Source of the DNA: Octopus sinensis | Lineage: Eukaryota | DNA length: 64,000 nucleotides | Direction: 5' to 3' | Assembly: GCF_006345805.1 (NCBI RefSeq) | Contig: NC_043005.1 | Coordinates: forward strand, 105,772,001-105,836,000 | Shown here: positions 1-12,133 of the stretch, piece after piece | How positions within the stretch are numbered: position 1 is the first letter of the stretch | How the letters are laid out: every line of letters starts with the position of its first letter | Notes under the pieces: generated by a model | The model's database searches: none | What the model saw: only the letters and a program-made list of their open reading frames with translations | What the model was told of the DNA's origin: nothing | Program-made: the position numbers and the translations under genes

Positions 1-80
1 GTGATGCTGTATGTTTGCAATCTCTTGGGAAGACGTGTCCAACCATTGTGATGTTTATGTTTGAAGGACTAGAGGAAATA

Positions 81-113
81 TTAGGGTTAGGGTTAGGATT
101 AAGGTTAAGGTTA
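81..113 (+). repeat. short degenerate interstitial (TTAGGG)n-like run
   Basis: ttaggg ttaggg ttagga ttaagg ttaagg tta read directly. Confidence 0.6.
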
Positions 114-119
114 TTTCTT

Positions 120-800
120 TGCATGTGAAAGTTGGTAATAAAAAGAACACCTGGCAATAGATAATCTATCTCAATGCCTGGAAATTGGACAGTGATGATG
201 ATAATTCATAGAAAGGGTCTGTATTCATGGCCTTTGCAGCATCTCCAAAGTTGAGGAGATTGATGCCATAAACATTTTGCAGAAACTATTGAAGTCGATG
301 ACAGCATGCAAATCATGTGTATAAGGGAATTCCAAAGGGCCTTCCCTCATCTAAGACAAAAGGACAGCATAGTGGTTCATACAAGACCTGGGCTGGGATC
401 AACAGAGGTGATGAAAAGATGAGAGATGAATATATATAGGGTGTCAGAGTGGAGATGAGATGAGCCAATTCTGAGAAGACAAGGCCACCCATTATGGTAA
501 TAGTTAAATAGGCAGAAAGATGCACAGAACATCTGGAGGTCAGAGGAGACAGGATGTGTTCATGATTGAGTCTAGGATAATCAGTAAAGCCTGTCTGTAC
601 ATGTAGCAGTACCAACAATCCCAAATGGGAAAGCTGTATACTATAAATGATTTCACTGTACATTTGTACATTTACCTGGGTGTTCAGGAGTGTCACCTCA
701 CAATTTGAGAAAGAGGGAGAGAAATAGGGGGAAGAATAGAGAAAGATGTTAATGGGCGAAAATGTGTGTACTCTGGATGTGTCAGGATTCAAGGGTACTT
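120..800 (-). mobile_element. possible decayed Penelope-like RT/thumb remnant
   Basis: Minus translation ...GRPFGIPLYT*F...YGINLLNFGDAAKAMNTD loosely resembles the PLE thumb pattern IPYSQF...YP..LI..A..KA; stops present; weak by-eye similarity. Confidence 0.3.
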
Positions 801-1608
801 TAGTATTAATTTGTAAAGTTACCCTGTTTTATCATGTTCTGCCTTACATTTAAGAGAGGGGTACATCATGTGCTCAGCTTTCTGTTTATAAAAACAGTGT
901 TTAATCCTTTATGTTATCTTTTGCTAAAACCACTGAAGTTTGTAGTTTTTATTTTGATTTCTAGAAAACTAGGTTAGATGGCAGTTAATAGGTTAACAAT
1001 CAGCAAGCAGTTATGGGGTGATCTGACGATTGTGATCAGATCAGAATCAATAGCTTTAGTAAAGAAAGAGCAATAGAGAAAAATAGATTAGATATGAAAC
1101 TATGAGTAAATTAGAAGAGTAGATTAAGAAACACATCACAGCAACCATGATAGGGACCATGTTGACTTTTAGGTGTTATTTTATTAATGAGAAACACAAA
1201 AGCTGCAGTCCCAGAGCTAAAGCTCTAAGACACAGTGGAGCAAAAGCCATTCAATGGTCTTGAAAGAAAGAGGCATGATGTGACAACAATGGACTGGGAT
1301 GGGTGCATGCTGTGAAATTCTGACCTTACTTACAGCTTTACAGTGATGCTTTCCTCAGTGAAGTGATGACAGTAGGGAAGTTCATTACCTGTTTTGGATA
1401 GCTTACCACAGCTCTTGGCTGAGAATGTGAGCCAAGATACAATTGGCAGTAAGTGGCTATGCAAGGGACAAATCACTAGGCTACAATAGTTTGCTCTACA
1501 AATATTGAGTACACATACCAAACTTGTTTACATATATCTTAGAAGCAATGCTTACACACACACACTACTGAATATGTGTGTGTGTATGTATATATATGTA
1601 TATATATA

Positions 1609-1890
1609 TCATCATCATCATTATCGTTTAACATCCGTTTTCCATGTTGGCATGGGTTGGATGGTTCAACTAGGGTCTGGGAAGCCAGGAGGCTGCACCT
1701 GGCCCCAATCTGATCTGGCAGTGTTTCTACAACTGGATGCCCTTCCTAATGCCAACCACTCCGAGAATGTAGTAGGTGCCACCGGCACAAGGGTCCAGAG
1801 GAGCTGGCCTCAACCACAATCAAATGGTGCTTTTTACGTGTCACCGGCATGGGGCTCACAACTACAATTTCCATTTGGTTTGATTTTGAT
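1609..1890 (-). mobile_element. short copy of the RTE 3' end with (GAT)n tail
   Basis: Matches 44839-45010 (ttaacatccgttttccatgttggcatgggttggatggttcaac...ctggatgcccttcctaatgccaaccactccgag). Confidence 0.85.
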
Positions 1891-1937
1891 ATTGCTGATG
1901 TTGATGTATTTGACTCAGCACCAAACACGTTTGGACG

Positions 1938-1948
1938 TATATATATAT

Positions 1949-1980
<32 letters not shown>

Positions 1981-2061
1981 GATAGATAGATAGATCGATA
2001 GATAGATAGATGGATGGATGGATGGATAGATGGATGGATAGATAGATGGATGGATAGATAA

Positions 2062-2124
<63 letters not shown>

Positions 2125-2138
2125 TATAGATAGATAGT
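1938..2138. repeat. compound (TA)n/(GATA)n/(GATG)n microsatellite
   Basis: Direct reading. Confidence 0.95.
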
Positions 2139-2330
2139 TCATACATTAAATTTCTATCTCTAAGGTTATTCAAAAGGGCCACTAGAGTATTGGATGTCTT
2201 GCATTTAGAGTTTGTGAAAGAATTCATGTGAGCTCTATATCTCCTTTTGAAGTCGGTTGTGCTCCCAATATATACCTTCTTCTGGCCATTAGATACAGAA
2301 ACCAAGCATTTATAGACAACGTTGTATGTA
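2139..2330 (-). mobile_element. Penelope-like GIY-YIG endonuclease fragment
   Basis: NVVYKCLVSVSNGQKKVYIGSTTDFKRRYRAHMNSF: VY...YIG pair plus downstream R/H typical of PLE GIY-YIG; truncated by the GATA microsatellite. Confidence 0.75.
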
Positions 2331-3145
2331 TATTTATTTCATTGTGTGTTTTAGATTTTGCTTTGGAATTTGTATTGATTGCCTGGATGTGTTCCTTCTA
2401 TGATTTTCCTTATCCTTCGATTTAGCTCACAATGAGCACTTCTTAATACACTCCATATATTGTGAAGCATACTTAAAAACATGCCTTGAAAGAAAATTTA
2501 ACTTTATGTATACATACATATATATGTGTGTGTGTGTGTGTATTGGAAAGAGCAATGTAGATAAGAAAATTACTAAGTTAGCTAGCCCTATTTGAGACAT
2601 AGGGGCCAAAAATACCCCACACATCATCAAGAGGAGTATCACTGAACAATCTACATCATATGTCAATGAACCAGGGAGGTAAAAGTTTTGTGTTGCTGAA
2701 AAAACACATATCCCTTTTAAATCCAAGAACACAACTGACTTAATTCTAGATCTGAGATTTTCACTAAATGCAAGCACCTCAATAAGTTTCTATTACTGAA
2801 TTAGAGAACACTACCCTCTCTGGATTTGGCATCCAGTCTTACAATCTTTAACCTCTCCACATTGAATTAACTACATCAACCATTGTGAATTCCGATTATT
2901 ACAGACTAAAGGATCACAACTCTTATCTCTCTTCCCATCTTTCCTTGTTTCTTTTTAACCATTTACTTCTCATTCTTTATCACTTATTCACTGTGAGAAG
3001 CCATGTTTTATTTTGAGCCTGAAAGATTGTGGGATAGTAGCAGCAGGCTATACAAGCTTCTCTAACTAATTGTACTATCAGAGCGTGAAGCTTAAAGTAG
3101 TTAGCACTTAAATCCTATGATTCTTAAAGATGATGATGATGATAT

Positions 3146-3250
3146 AAATGTAAAAGACGTTTTCATTTTCCTGAGCATCAAATTGATACACCTGCTTGTT
3201 GTTCATACACCTGTCTTCGTCTTTTGTTTTTCTATAAATTTCAACTATAT
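3146..3250 (+). mobile_element. PLE-type 3' terminal fragment (family 2), ending in (TA)n
   Basis: aaatgtaaaagac...cctgagc...cacctgtcttcgtcttttgttttt resembles the copies at 11175-11378, 19755-19905 and 27570-27765. Confidence 0.6.
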
Positions 3251-3259
3251 ATATATATA

Positions 3260-3795
3260 TGTAATTAAAATCACAATAAGGGTGAAAAAAAATTGAATAT
3301 TAATTAATAACATCAATTTAAAACACCAAGTGGCCTAGTGTATAAAAAGACTGGGATACAGTAAAAATTATTAATACAAATATTAAGAGAAAGTCCACAT
3401 GTGGTCACTCTGGGGTAGTATTTACATCCGGGGATTCAACACGCCAGAATGAGGATATTTGAACGTAACTGCGAATATAATTGGCTATACCGTTCGCCTT
3501 TGTTCGGCTTCGTGTGGATTTTGCCATTCGGTCCAGCAAATTATATTTTTGATATACTCTACTGACGATTCGAAAATGATTATGTAAGTAAAATTACACA
3601 ATCTATTAACGATGAAACAATTGTATAGAGTTAATCTATTTTTTCGTTATTCTTCATTTGTCCTGCCCGCTTACATTCTTGGTGTGTTGTATTAATTCTT
3701 GAGAACAATTCTTTAGTGGTGGATTCCCTTTGCGGATCTATATCTAGCATAGCATTAAAGTGACCACATGTAAACTCTCTCTTAATATTTGTATA
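3260..3795 (+). mobile_element. non-coding HHR-bearing element with an upstream inverted copy of its own tail
   Basis: 35-bp inverted arms 3375-3409 / 3759-3793 (3 mismatches); similarity to 35620-36565; ends in (TA)n. Confidence 0.65.
3556..3631 (+). ncRNA. type-I hammerhead ribozyme motif
   Basis: Stem I ACTCTA/TAGAGT; CTGACGA 3562-3568; long stem II; GAAA 3614-3617; palindromic stem III ACAATTGT; GUA triplet 3623-3625. Confidence 0.8.
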
Positions 3796-3825
3796 TATAT
3801 ATGCATATATACATATGTGTGTATG

Positions 3826-3887
<62 letters not shown>

Positions 3888-4476
3888 TAAATATATGTAT
3901 GTATTATCTATTTTAAAGTTATGAGGAAAGGCAGAACCCATGGCATTATACAAGTCCTCAAAGACAAGTGGAAAGAAGCTAACTTCAAACTGCAGACCTG
4001 ACCTGATTACTTTTAGCAAAGTGGACTCCACTGAAAGCATTGTAGAGTCAGGTGGTGTCATCGTATATGGCAATCACCCAATGAATGTCAATCTGAAATA
4101 TTTCTTTCTAATTTAAGCACAAGGCAAACAGTTTTAAGGAGCGAGTTCAACTGATATTTTCAACCCCAGCATTTGATTGGTGTTGTATTGTTTGAAGCTC
4201 AGCTTGTTTTTGAACTCAGAACATAAACCGCTGGAACAAATACCACAAGCAATTTTTCTTTCCATTGTTCTAATAATTCTGCCATTCTGTTGCGTTATAA
4301 TAAGATTAATAATGGTTTCAAATTTTAGCCCAGGGTTTGTAGCTACTGAGAAGAAGAAGTTCATTACATTGATCTCAGTACTTCACTGGTACTTATTTTA
4401 TTGATCTCAAAAGGATGAAAGCAAAGTTGACCTCAATGAAATTTGAACATCAAATGTAAAAATGGCTGGAATACCT

Positions 4477-4706
4477 ATTTCTTTACTACCCACAAGGGGC
4501 CAAACACAGAGAAGACAAACAAGGACAGACAAACGGATTAAGTTGATTATATCGACCCCAGTGCGTAACTGGTACTTAATTTATTCACCCCAAAAGGGTG
4601 AAAGGCAAAGTCGACCTCGGCGGAATTTGAACTCAGAACGTAGTGGCAGATGAAATACTGCTAAGTATTTCACCCGGTGTGCTAACGTTTCTGCCAGCTC
4701 GCCGCC
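4477..4706 (-). mobile_element. tRNA-head SINE family B with 14-bp TSD
   Basis: Head ggcggcgagctggcagaaacgttagc; TSD tggctggaata(c/t)ct at 4463-4476 and 4707-4720. Confidence 0.9.
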
Positions 4707-5196
4707 TGGCTGGAATATCTCTTACCATTTTGTCCAGCATGCTAGTGGTTCTGCCATTTTGCTGCCTGATAATAAGTGTTTGATAATGACAGGTGAAATC
4801 TACCACTCAAAGTGTATCAGTGTATAATAGTGATAATCCCTTATCTCAAGAACTCTGACAAAAATTAATTGTAACAACATTGATTTTGTCAGTAATTTTC
4901 AAGGACTTGAGACCATTTGTATGTTATAGTAACAAGTAGGTTGTTAGATGATCAAAGGTGAATGGTTGCAAAATGAGTTAGGTTGATGGTAGGGGAGGAA
5001 ATTTTCACGCCGGGTGATGACTTGGAAAATTATTGTTTTCAGTATGCACAGCGTTATAACATTTCTCAATAAATAATTTTGTGATGCTTGCCGCCTAAAT
5101 CTTAGAAAAGTTATGAGAGAAAATCACAAATATTGCTGCAATACACACAAACACAATCACTACACGCATTTGAGCATATGAATATATATATGTATG

Positions 5197-5228
<32 letters not shown>

Positions 5229-5481
5229 ACCTTATTTTGAAATTGTATGGATGATACCGTACTAAATTCTGGTGCCTCAACTTAAGTACCATATTCATCT
5301 GAATATATATATATATATACACGCACACACATATATATGTACATGCACACACATATATACATACACATAATATCTATCTATTTATCTATCTGTCTACCTA
5401 CCTACCTACCTATCTACCTACCTATGTACCTATTTATCTATCTGTATGTATATATATACACATACACCCACATCCATAGAT

Positions 5482-5522
<41 letters not shown>

Positions 5523-6759
5523 CACATATATAATAAAAAGTATAAAAAAGGTATAAAATTGATATATACGAAAACTAACGACAACAACAGCATCAACACT
5601 ATGCAACCATCCTGTTAAGTAGTGGAGTAAAAATTTTATTGATTCCTCTGACTCATACCTTAGGGTTTAATGCATTGATTCAACCGAGTTCTATTGTGAA
5701 AAAGTACCAAACCAGTTTTTCTATTCGTTGAAACATGGAGTAAGGTGACCTATCTTTAATTTATAAATCAATTTTTTCTACAATCTATTTAACAATGCTT
5801 TGTCTATGATTTATGAGTAGAAAAGACAAAAAAAAAAAATCAACAAAAATACAAAAAATAACAATAAGAAATATCTAAAAAAAATATATATAATAACCAT
5901 TTCAGCCTCTCTATTTGGACCTTGTTCAAACAAAGAAAATAATACAATTTCTTTTTTTTATTTATTTGATATTATTATCATTATTGTTATTATTATTATT
6001 ATTATCCTCCTCTTCCCTCTCATCATCATCATCATCATTATTATTATCAATATATATTTTTCTCTTCAGTGGGGAGTTTTTTTTATTATTTTTGTTTTTT
6101 TAATATTTTTCAGTGAGAGTCAGGACAATTTAGAGTTGGCGGCCATTTTGTTTTAACTTCACAAAGGTTGGTACAGTTGGTAGGTAGGCAGGTAGGTAGG
6201 AGCCAGGTAGTTAGGTAAGGTAAGTAGGCAGGTAGAATCTAGGTGGGTAGGTGGGTAGGTAGGTGCATGGCTGGTTAATTGGGTAGATGGGTAAGGTAGA
6301 GCTAACATGGCACGCCTAACACCTATTCCTCATCAATTTAATTATTCATCTCCACCTCCTAGCTAGTAAACACTGACTGGTGTAAGGAGGGGGAGAGGGA
6401 TCAGTGTGTGTGGGGGGAGGTGTAAAATATGAGAGCGGCATGGGTGGAGAGGGGGGATAGGTTTAATGCATTGATTGTAACTGGACTGTCATGACCCTTA
6501 AAAGAAAAATAAAGTAAAAATTAAATCATGCATCATGCATCAGCTGCAGGTGTTAAGGGTTCAATCCCTGGGCAAGTTGTTTTACATTTAAATCAGTGTC
6601 CCCTTCTCTGAGATACTCACTTCAAAGTCTTGCTGAATCGATTTGGAATACTTTCAACCTTACACATATTGACTTGGAAAGATTTGATGTCCTTTTCTGT
6701 ATCATCATCATCAGCATCATGATAATAATCATCATCAGTATTGCGATAATAATAATAAT

Positions 6760-6925
6760 CATCTCGGAATGGTTGGCATTAGGAAGGGCATCCAGCTGTA
6801 GAAACACTGCCAGATCTGACTGGCCTGGTGCAGCCTTCAAGCTTGCCAGACCCCAGTTGAACCGTCCAACCCATGCTAGCATGGAAAGCGGACGTTAAAT
6901 GATGATGATGATGATGATGATGATG
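6760..6925 (+). mobile_element. short RTE 3'-end copy with (GAT)n tail
   Basis: ggttggcattaggaagggcatccagctgtagaaac...catggaaagcggacgttaaatgatgatg. Confidence 0.9.
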
Positions 6926-7223
6926 ATCTTCTTCCACTTCTTTCTCGTCCACCTCTTCATCATTCATAATCATCATGACCACCACCACCATAACCGTAAC
7001 GATTATGACCCTCTTCCTCCTCCTCCCCTCCTCCCCTTCCTATTCCTACTCATTACCACCACCACCACCACCACCACACCACCACCACCACTAAAGATTG
7101 GTGAAATGAAGGGTATCTGAGCAAAGAAACTACCCCAATAAATGCTCACCTATGCCATCCAAGCAAGGAAAAGCAGAGGCTAAAACAACAACAACAATAA
7201 TGATGATGATCTAAAATAATATA

Positions 7224-7603
7224 CAGGGTGATTCAAAAGTCCCCATACATAGGAACAATTCATTTTTTTATATAAGAAACAGTTTATAAGAACATTTTCT
7301 TTTTTTTTTTTATTTAACAGGCTCTTTATGGTTACCATTGTTTTGAATACACATTGCAATACATTGACCCCCAACTCATTGGGAACTCTTAATAGCACAT
7401 CTGGTGATACGTGTGCAAAGGAGTTGGTGATGCGTTCCTTCAAATGATTTATGTCTTTTATCTTTCTGCAATGCACCATGCCTTTCAAATGCCCCTAAAG
7501 ATAGAAATCAAGAGGGGACAGACCAGGGGATCTAGGGGATCTTATAAACTATCCCTTATAAAAAAATTAATTTTTTCCTTTGTATGGAGACTTTTGAATC
7601 ACC

Positions 7604-7606
<3 letters not shown>
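7224..7606 (-). mobile_element. internally deleted Tc1/mariner element (383 bp)
   Basis: 26-bp TIRs cagggtgattcaaaagtc(c/t)ccataca, TA on both sides; minus frame SPRSPGLSPLDFYL*GHLKGMVH...INHLKERIT is a transposase C-terminus. Confidence 0.92.
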
Positions 7607-7640
<34 letters not shown>

Positions 7641-8919
7641 TAACAATAATAAGGAGTATGGAGACTTGTATATTCACAAAGGATAAAGATCCTTCCTGTG
7701 TCCCACGGATTCATAGGGACAGTTTCTCGGATTCTCTTGCAAACATATTCCACTCTGGATGGAATGGTGGTCCATTGCAGGAATACTCATTTTTGCCAGC
7801 TGAATGGACTGGACCATCATGAAATGAAATGTTTTATTTGGGAACACAATGCATCGCCTGGCCCAAGAATTGAAACCACAATCTTACGACCAATCTTGAT
7901 ACTATCTGATATTAGCAGAAGTTGCCTAGTTCTGCAAATTTAGATAATTGCATTGCTTCTTGCAGAGTTTGTTTCTTCAACTGTAGACATCATTTTAACT
8001 ACAACACTTTTGCCAACCAGAGAGCAATTTCTCAGAAGTAACAACAGATTCACTGAAATCACATTCTATTATTTAAAAACAGGAGGGTTACGTCAGATAA
8101 TGTAGTGATAAAGAATACTATGAAATAATACTGGTTTAAACTGCCTTGAGCATTGATCTGCACAGTCAGAGTTGATCTAAGGTTAAGCAACAACAACAAT
8201 GACAACAAGCAAATGAAGCTAGGGAGGAAATATTTATTTAGCGACTGCAGTATTAGCTAGAAATAGCAACCAAATCTCTCTGATTACACTCTACTCTCTT
8301 AAAAACATATACATTGGACTATGTGATCCTAGGTTTAAAATAAAACAGGATGATCATAACTTTTTATTACAGGTCCTTGCTCGATCATAGCTGACCAATG
8401 ACTATACAGCAATAATATTTAGTTAACATTACAGTTTACCTGTATGTATAGATTGGAATAGCTACCTTCCACACAGTACACATTCATAGAAGAAAACTTT
8501 AATTCATAATGATCTCACAAATTACCACGGTGAAATCCATGCTATTATTTATTTATATGAAGGGGTACTAAGCTAGTACACGTTAAGAGTTGTTGATCAC
8601 GGATGTGTACTATAGTTCGTATCAGTATATAAACCGTAAACCCATCTCAGTTTGGTAATATGACACTTTATGGATTGAATTTTCAGTGATTCTTAGTGTT
8701 TAAGGTGTGCCAACTAGAGTAAGAAGGGTCTGAGGGTCCTGATAATGGTTAAATTATAAATGGTTTGCACATGAACCGGGAGATTGTGTACAAATGAAAT
8801 GAGTAAATGGTTGATTGGATGAGTACAAGACTGCAAACATACAGATCTTCAGTTCAGATCAGCTGCAGGCATTACATTGCATGTGTAACTTATATATATA
8901 TATATTATATATATATATA

Positions 8920-9220
8920 TCACCGTGACTGACCAGGCTATCAGATGTTGCTACACATCGCAGGTCACAATGCGCTTCGCATTGTTTTAGCCTTCAAATG
9001 ACGCCACCCCGCTGGCTAAGCGAGCAGGCCAACAGAAGAAAGAATGAGAGAAAGTTGTGGCGAAAGAGTACAGCAGGGATCGCCCCCCCCCCCCAGCCGG
9101 AGCCTCATAGAGCTTTTAGGTGTTTTCGCTCAATAAACACTCACAACGCCCGGTCTGGGAATCGAAACCGCGATCCTGCAACCGCGAGTCCGCTGCCCTA
9201 ACCACTGGGCCATTGCGCCA

Positions 9221-9222
<2 letters not shown>
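8920..9222 (-). mobile_element. tRNA-derived SINE family C inserted in (TA)n
   Basis: Head ggtggcgcaatggcccagtggttagggcagcgg...ggtttcgattcc with A-box and B-box-like motifs; related copy at 26515-26900. Confidence 0.85.
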
Positions 9223-9311
<89 letters not shown>

Positions 9312-9479
9312 TATATATATATATATATATAATATATATATATATATACATACATATATATATGTACACACATATATATATATATTATATATCATACTAC
9401 TTTCCTAATGGCAACTCACCTTAATCTAACTCTTCTATAAAGTCAAATAAAATTAACTTAGCTGTGGCAGATATATATT

Positions 9480-10344
9480 ATTTTCTACTCTAGGCACAAG
9501 GCCTGAAATTTTGGGGGAGGGGACCAGTCGATCAGATCAACCCCGGTATGCAACTGGTACTTAATTGATCGACCTTGAAAGGATAAAAGGCAAAGTCGAG
9601 CTCAGCTGAATTTGAACCCAGAACGTAAAGACAGACGAAATACCATTAAGCATTTTGCCTGGTATGCTAACGTTTCTTATTTCTTTATTGTCCACAAAGG
9701 GCTAAACACAGAGGGGACAAGCAAGGACAGACAAAGGGATTAAGGTGATTACATCGACTGTGGTGCATAACTGGTACTTAATTTATCGACCCCAAAAGGA
9801 TGAAAGTCAAAGTCGTCCTCGGCGGAATTTGAACTCAGAACATAACGGCAGCCAAAATACCGCTAAGCATTTCACCCGGCGTGCTAACGTTTCTTATTTC
9901 TTTATTGCCCTCAAGGGGCTAAACATAAAAGGGACAAACAAGGACAGACAAAGGGATTAAGGTGGTTACATCGACTGTGGTGCATAACTGGTACTTAATT
10001 TATCGACCCCAAAAGGATGAAAGGCAAAGTCGTCCTCGGCGGAATTTGAACTCAGAACATAACGGCAGCCAAGATACCGCTAAGCATTTCACCCGGCATG
10101 CTAACGTTTCTTATTTCTTTATTGCCCTCAAGGGGCTAAACACAGAGAGGACAAACAAAGACAGACAAACAGATTAAGTCGATTATATCGACCCCATTGC
10201 ATTACTGGTACTTAATTCATCAACCCCAAAAGGATGAAAGGCAAAGTCGTCTTCGGTGGAATTTGAACTCAGAATGTAACGGCAGACGAAATGCTGCTAA
10301 GCATTACACCCGGCATGCTAACGTTTCCGCCAGGCTGCTGCATT
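9480..10344 (-). mobile_element. head-to-tail multimer (about 4 units) of SINE family B inside one 17-bp TSD
   Basis: Units restart at 9677, 9894, 10111 (217-bp period); TSD tgtggcagatat(a/g)tatt at 9463-9479 and 10345-10361. Confidence 0.85.
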
Positions 10345-11174
10345 TGTGGCAGATATGTATTCTCATTCTATTTTCCTTTCTTTAATAATAGAAGCTAAAA
10401 CTAGCATTTCCATTTCTGAAGACAGTGCACAAGACTGCTAGTTTCTTCATTTCACATAAAGAATAAGAGGCTTGGTGCATAAGATTTCATATTCCACATG
10501 CCAAACGAACTAATAAGTGAACTGTTTTATCTAACTCATCTAGACAAAGAATTTTCAAACTAAAACTTTGATAAAATGCTTGTTGTACGCACTGGATGTT
10601 AGTCATGTTAATGTGGGACAAACCAGGATGAAGCATTGACTCTGCAACAATGCTGGACAAGCGGGTTGCAGCAAAATGTTTTGTTGGTTACCTGGTTACC
10701 ATTTATCTGCTTGACGATATTAGTACCAATTCAACAACAGAAACAACAACAACAGGGATATCTACAACAATTACAACTGCTGTTCATCTATTTCTAAATA
10801 AAAATATAAATCTATTTTTTGGAGTAGACATCCAAACATCCTCATGTTTGTAAGGTATAAATATATCAGATGCATGCGCAAATTCACACATATACATACA
10901 TATATATATATATAGACACACACGCACATATATATGTATATATATAGACACACACATATGCATATATATACCCACACACGTATATATGTATAAATGTACA
11001 TTTATATCTATAAACGCATATAAAAACAGGTGTATGTATGTGTGTGTGTATATGTATGTATATAGAGCTGTGTAGTGCGTTTGTCCCCCCCCCCATCACT
11101 GCTTGACACTCAGTGGTGGTGTATTTACGTCCCCATAACTTAGTACTTCAGCAAAAGAGACTGATATATATATA

Positions 11175-11378
11175 TATATATGGGGGGAGTTTATGAAAAA
11201 AACAAGATGAAGATAGGTGGTGTACAAAACAAACAAATGTATTAGTATAACGCTCAGGAATAGAAAAAGTCTTTTATGTTTCGAGCCTACGCTCTTCTTC
11301 AGAAAGGGACACAGAAAAAACAAGGGAGAGAAACAAGGAGAAAAAAATGTGTGTTGTGGCTAACAATCTATCATGGCG
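11175..11378 (-). mobile_element. PLE-type terminal fragment (family 2) between (TA)n tracts
   Basis: Same sequence family as 27570-27765 and 19755-19905. Confidence 0.7.
11271..11306 (-). ncRNA. minimal type-I hammerhead motif (PLE-type)
   Basis: Minus strand cttt CTGAAGA A GAGC-GTAG-GCTC GAAA C ATA aaag; stem III is ACAT where the 27668-27705 copy has palindromic ACGT. Confidence 0.7.
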
Positions 11379-11439
11379 ATATATATATGTATATATATAT
11401 ATCAGAATCTTATGCTGAAGTACTAAGTTATATATACAT

Positions 11440-12133
11440 AATTGAGCAAACACTATATGAGAGAGGTTTTCTTTAAGTATTAGAAATAGTTTTAAAAAAG
11501 TTTTTTTTAGCTACTATTTCTAATGAGTTCAGTATGCGGCAAAGTAATTTATTTTACTAAGCCCTTTTATATAATGTAATAATTTGAATTTGCCTTAAAT
11601 GGTCCCTTTGCATACTGAATACTTGGTGAAATTGATTAATAATTAATTAATTTTACCCTCAATTGTTGAAATTATAATTCATCTCTCTCTATTTAATGCC
11701 TCGGATTTTACCGAAAAAGCATAGTGTTTACTGATTTTAAACCCACGCTGGTGGAAAGGGGAGAGCAGAAATTCTTCGCTTGCATATTTGAGTTTGCTGG
11801 CACTGTTAGTTTCGAGCAGATCTTCAGAAGCGATAAGAAGCCGAAAGGGTATGCTCCCACTTTCAGTGTTTTCAAATCCAAACCAAGGAGTTCTGAGCTG
11901 ATGACAGAAATGTCGAGTTGACTAATCTTGAAACGTATGTTCTCAAATAACCTTTGCATTTGATTTTTTAATGTCTTTACCCCCATACTTTCGTGAGTTG
12001 AATTGAGCAAACACTATATGAGAGAGGTTTTCTTTAAGTATTAGAAATAGTTTTAAAAAAGTTTTTTTAGCTACTATTTCTAATGAGTTCAGTATGCGGC
12101 AAAGTAATTTATTTTACTAAGCCCTTTTATATA

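Noticed and set aside
9140-9222. Genuine tRNA gene
   Set aside because: tRNA-like head runs straight into a SINE body and recurs at about 26820-26900; SINE head, not a tRNA.
10420-10700. Minus-strand open frame of about 65 codons (HFAATRLSSIVAESMLHPG...)
   Set aside because: Bounded by stops, no convincing splice sites, no recognisable family.
11797-11833. Minus-strand CTGAAGA-tctgctc-GAAAC inside the 561-bp unit
   Set aside because: No stem II pairing, GUG triplet and no stem I; not a valid hammerhead.
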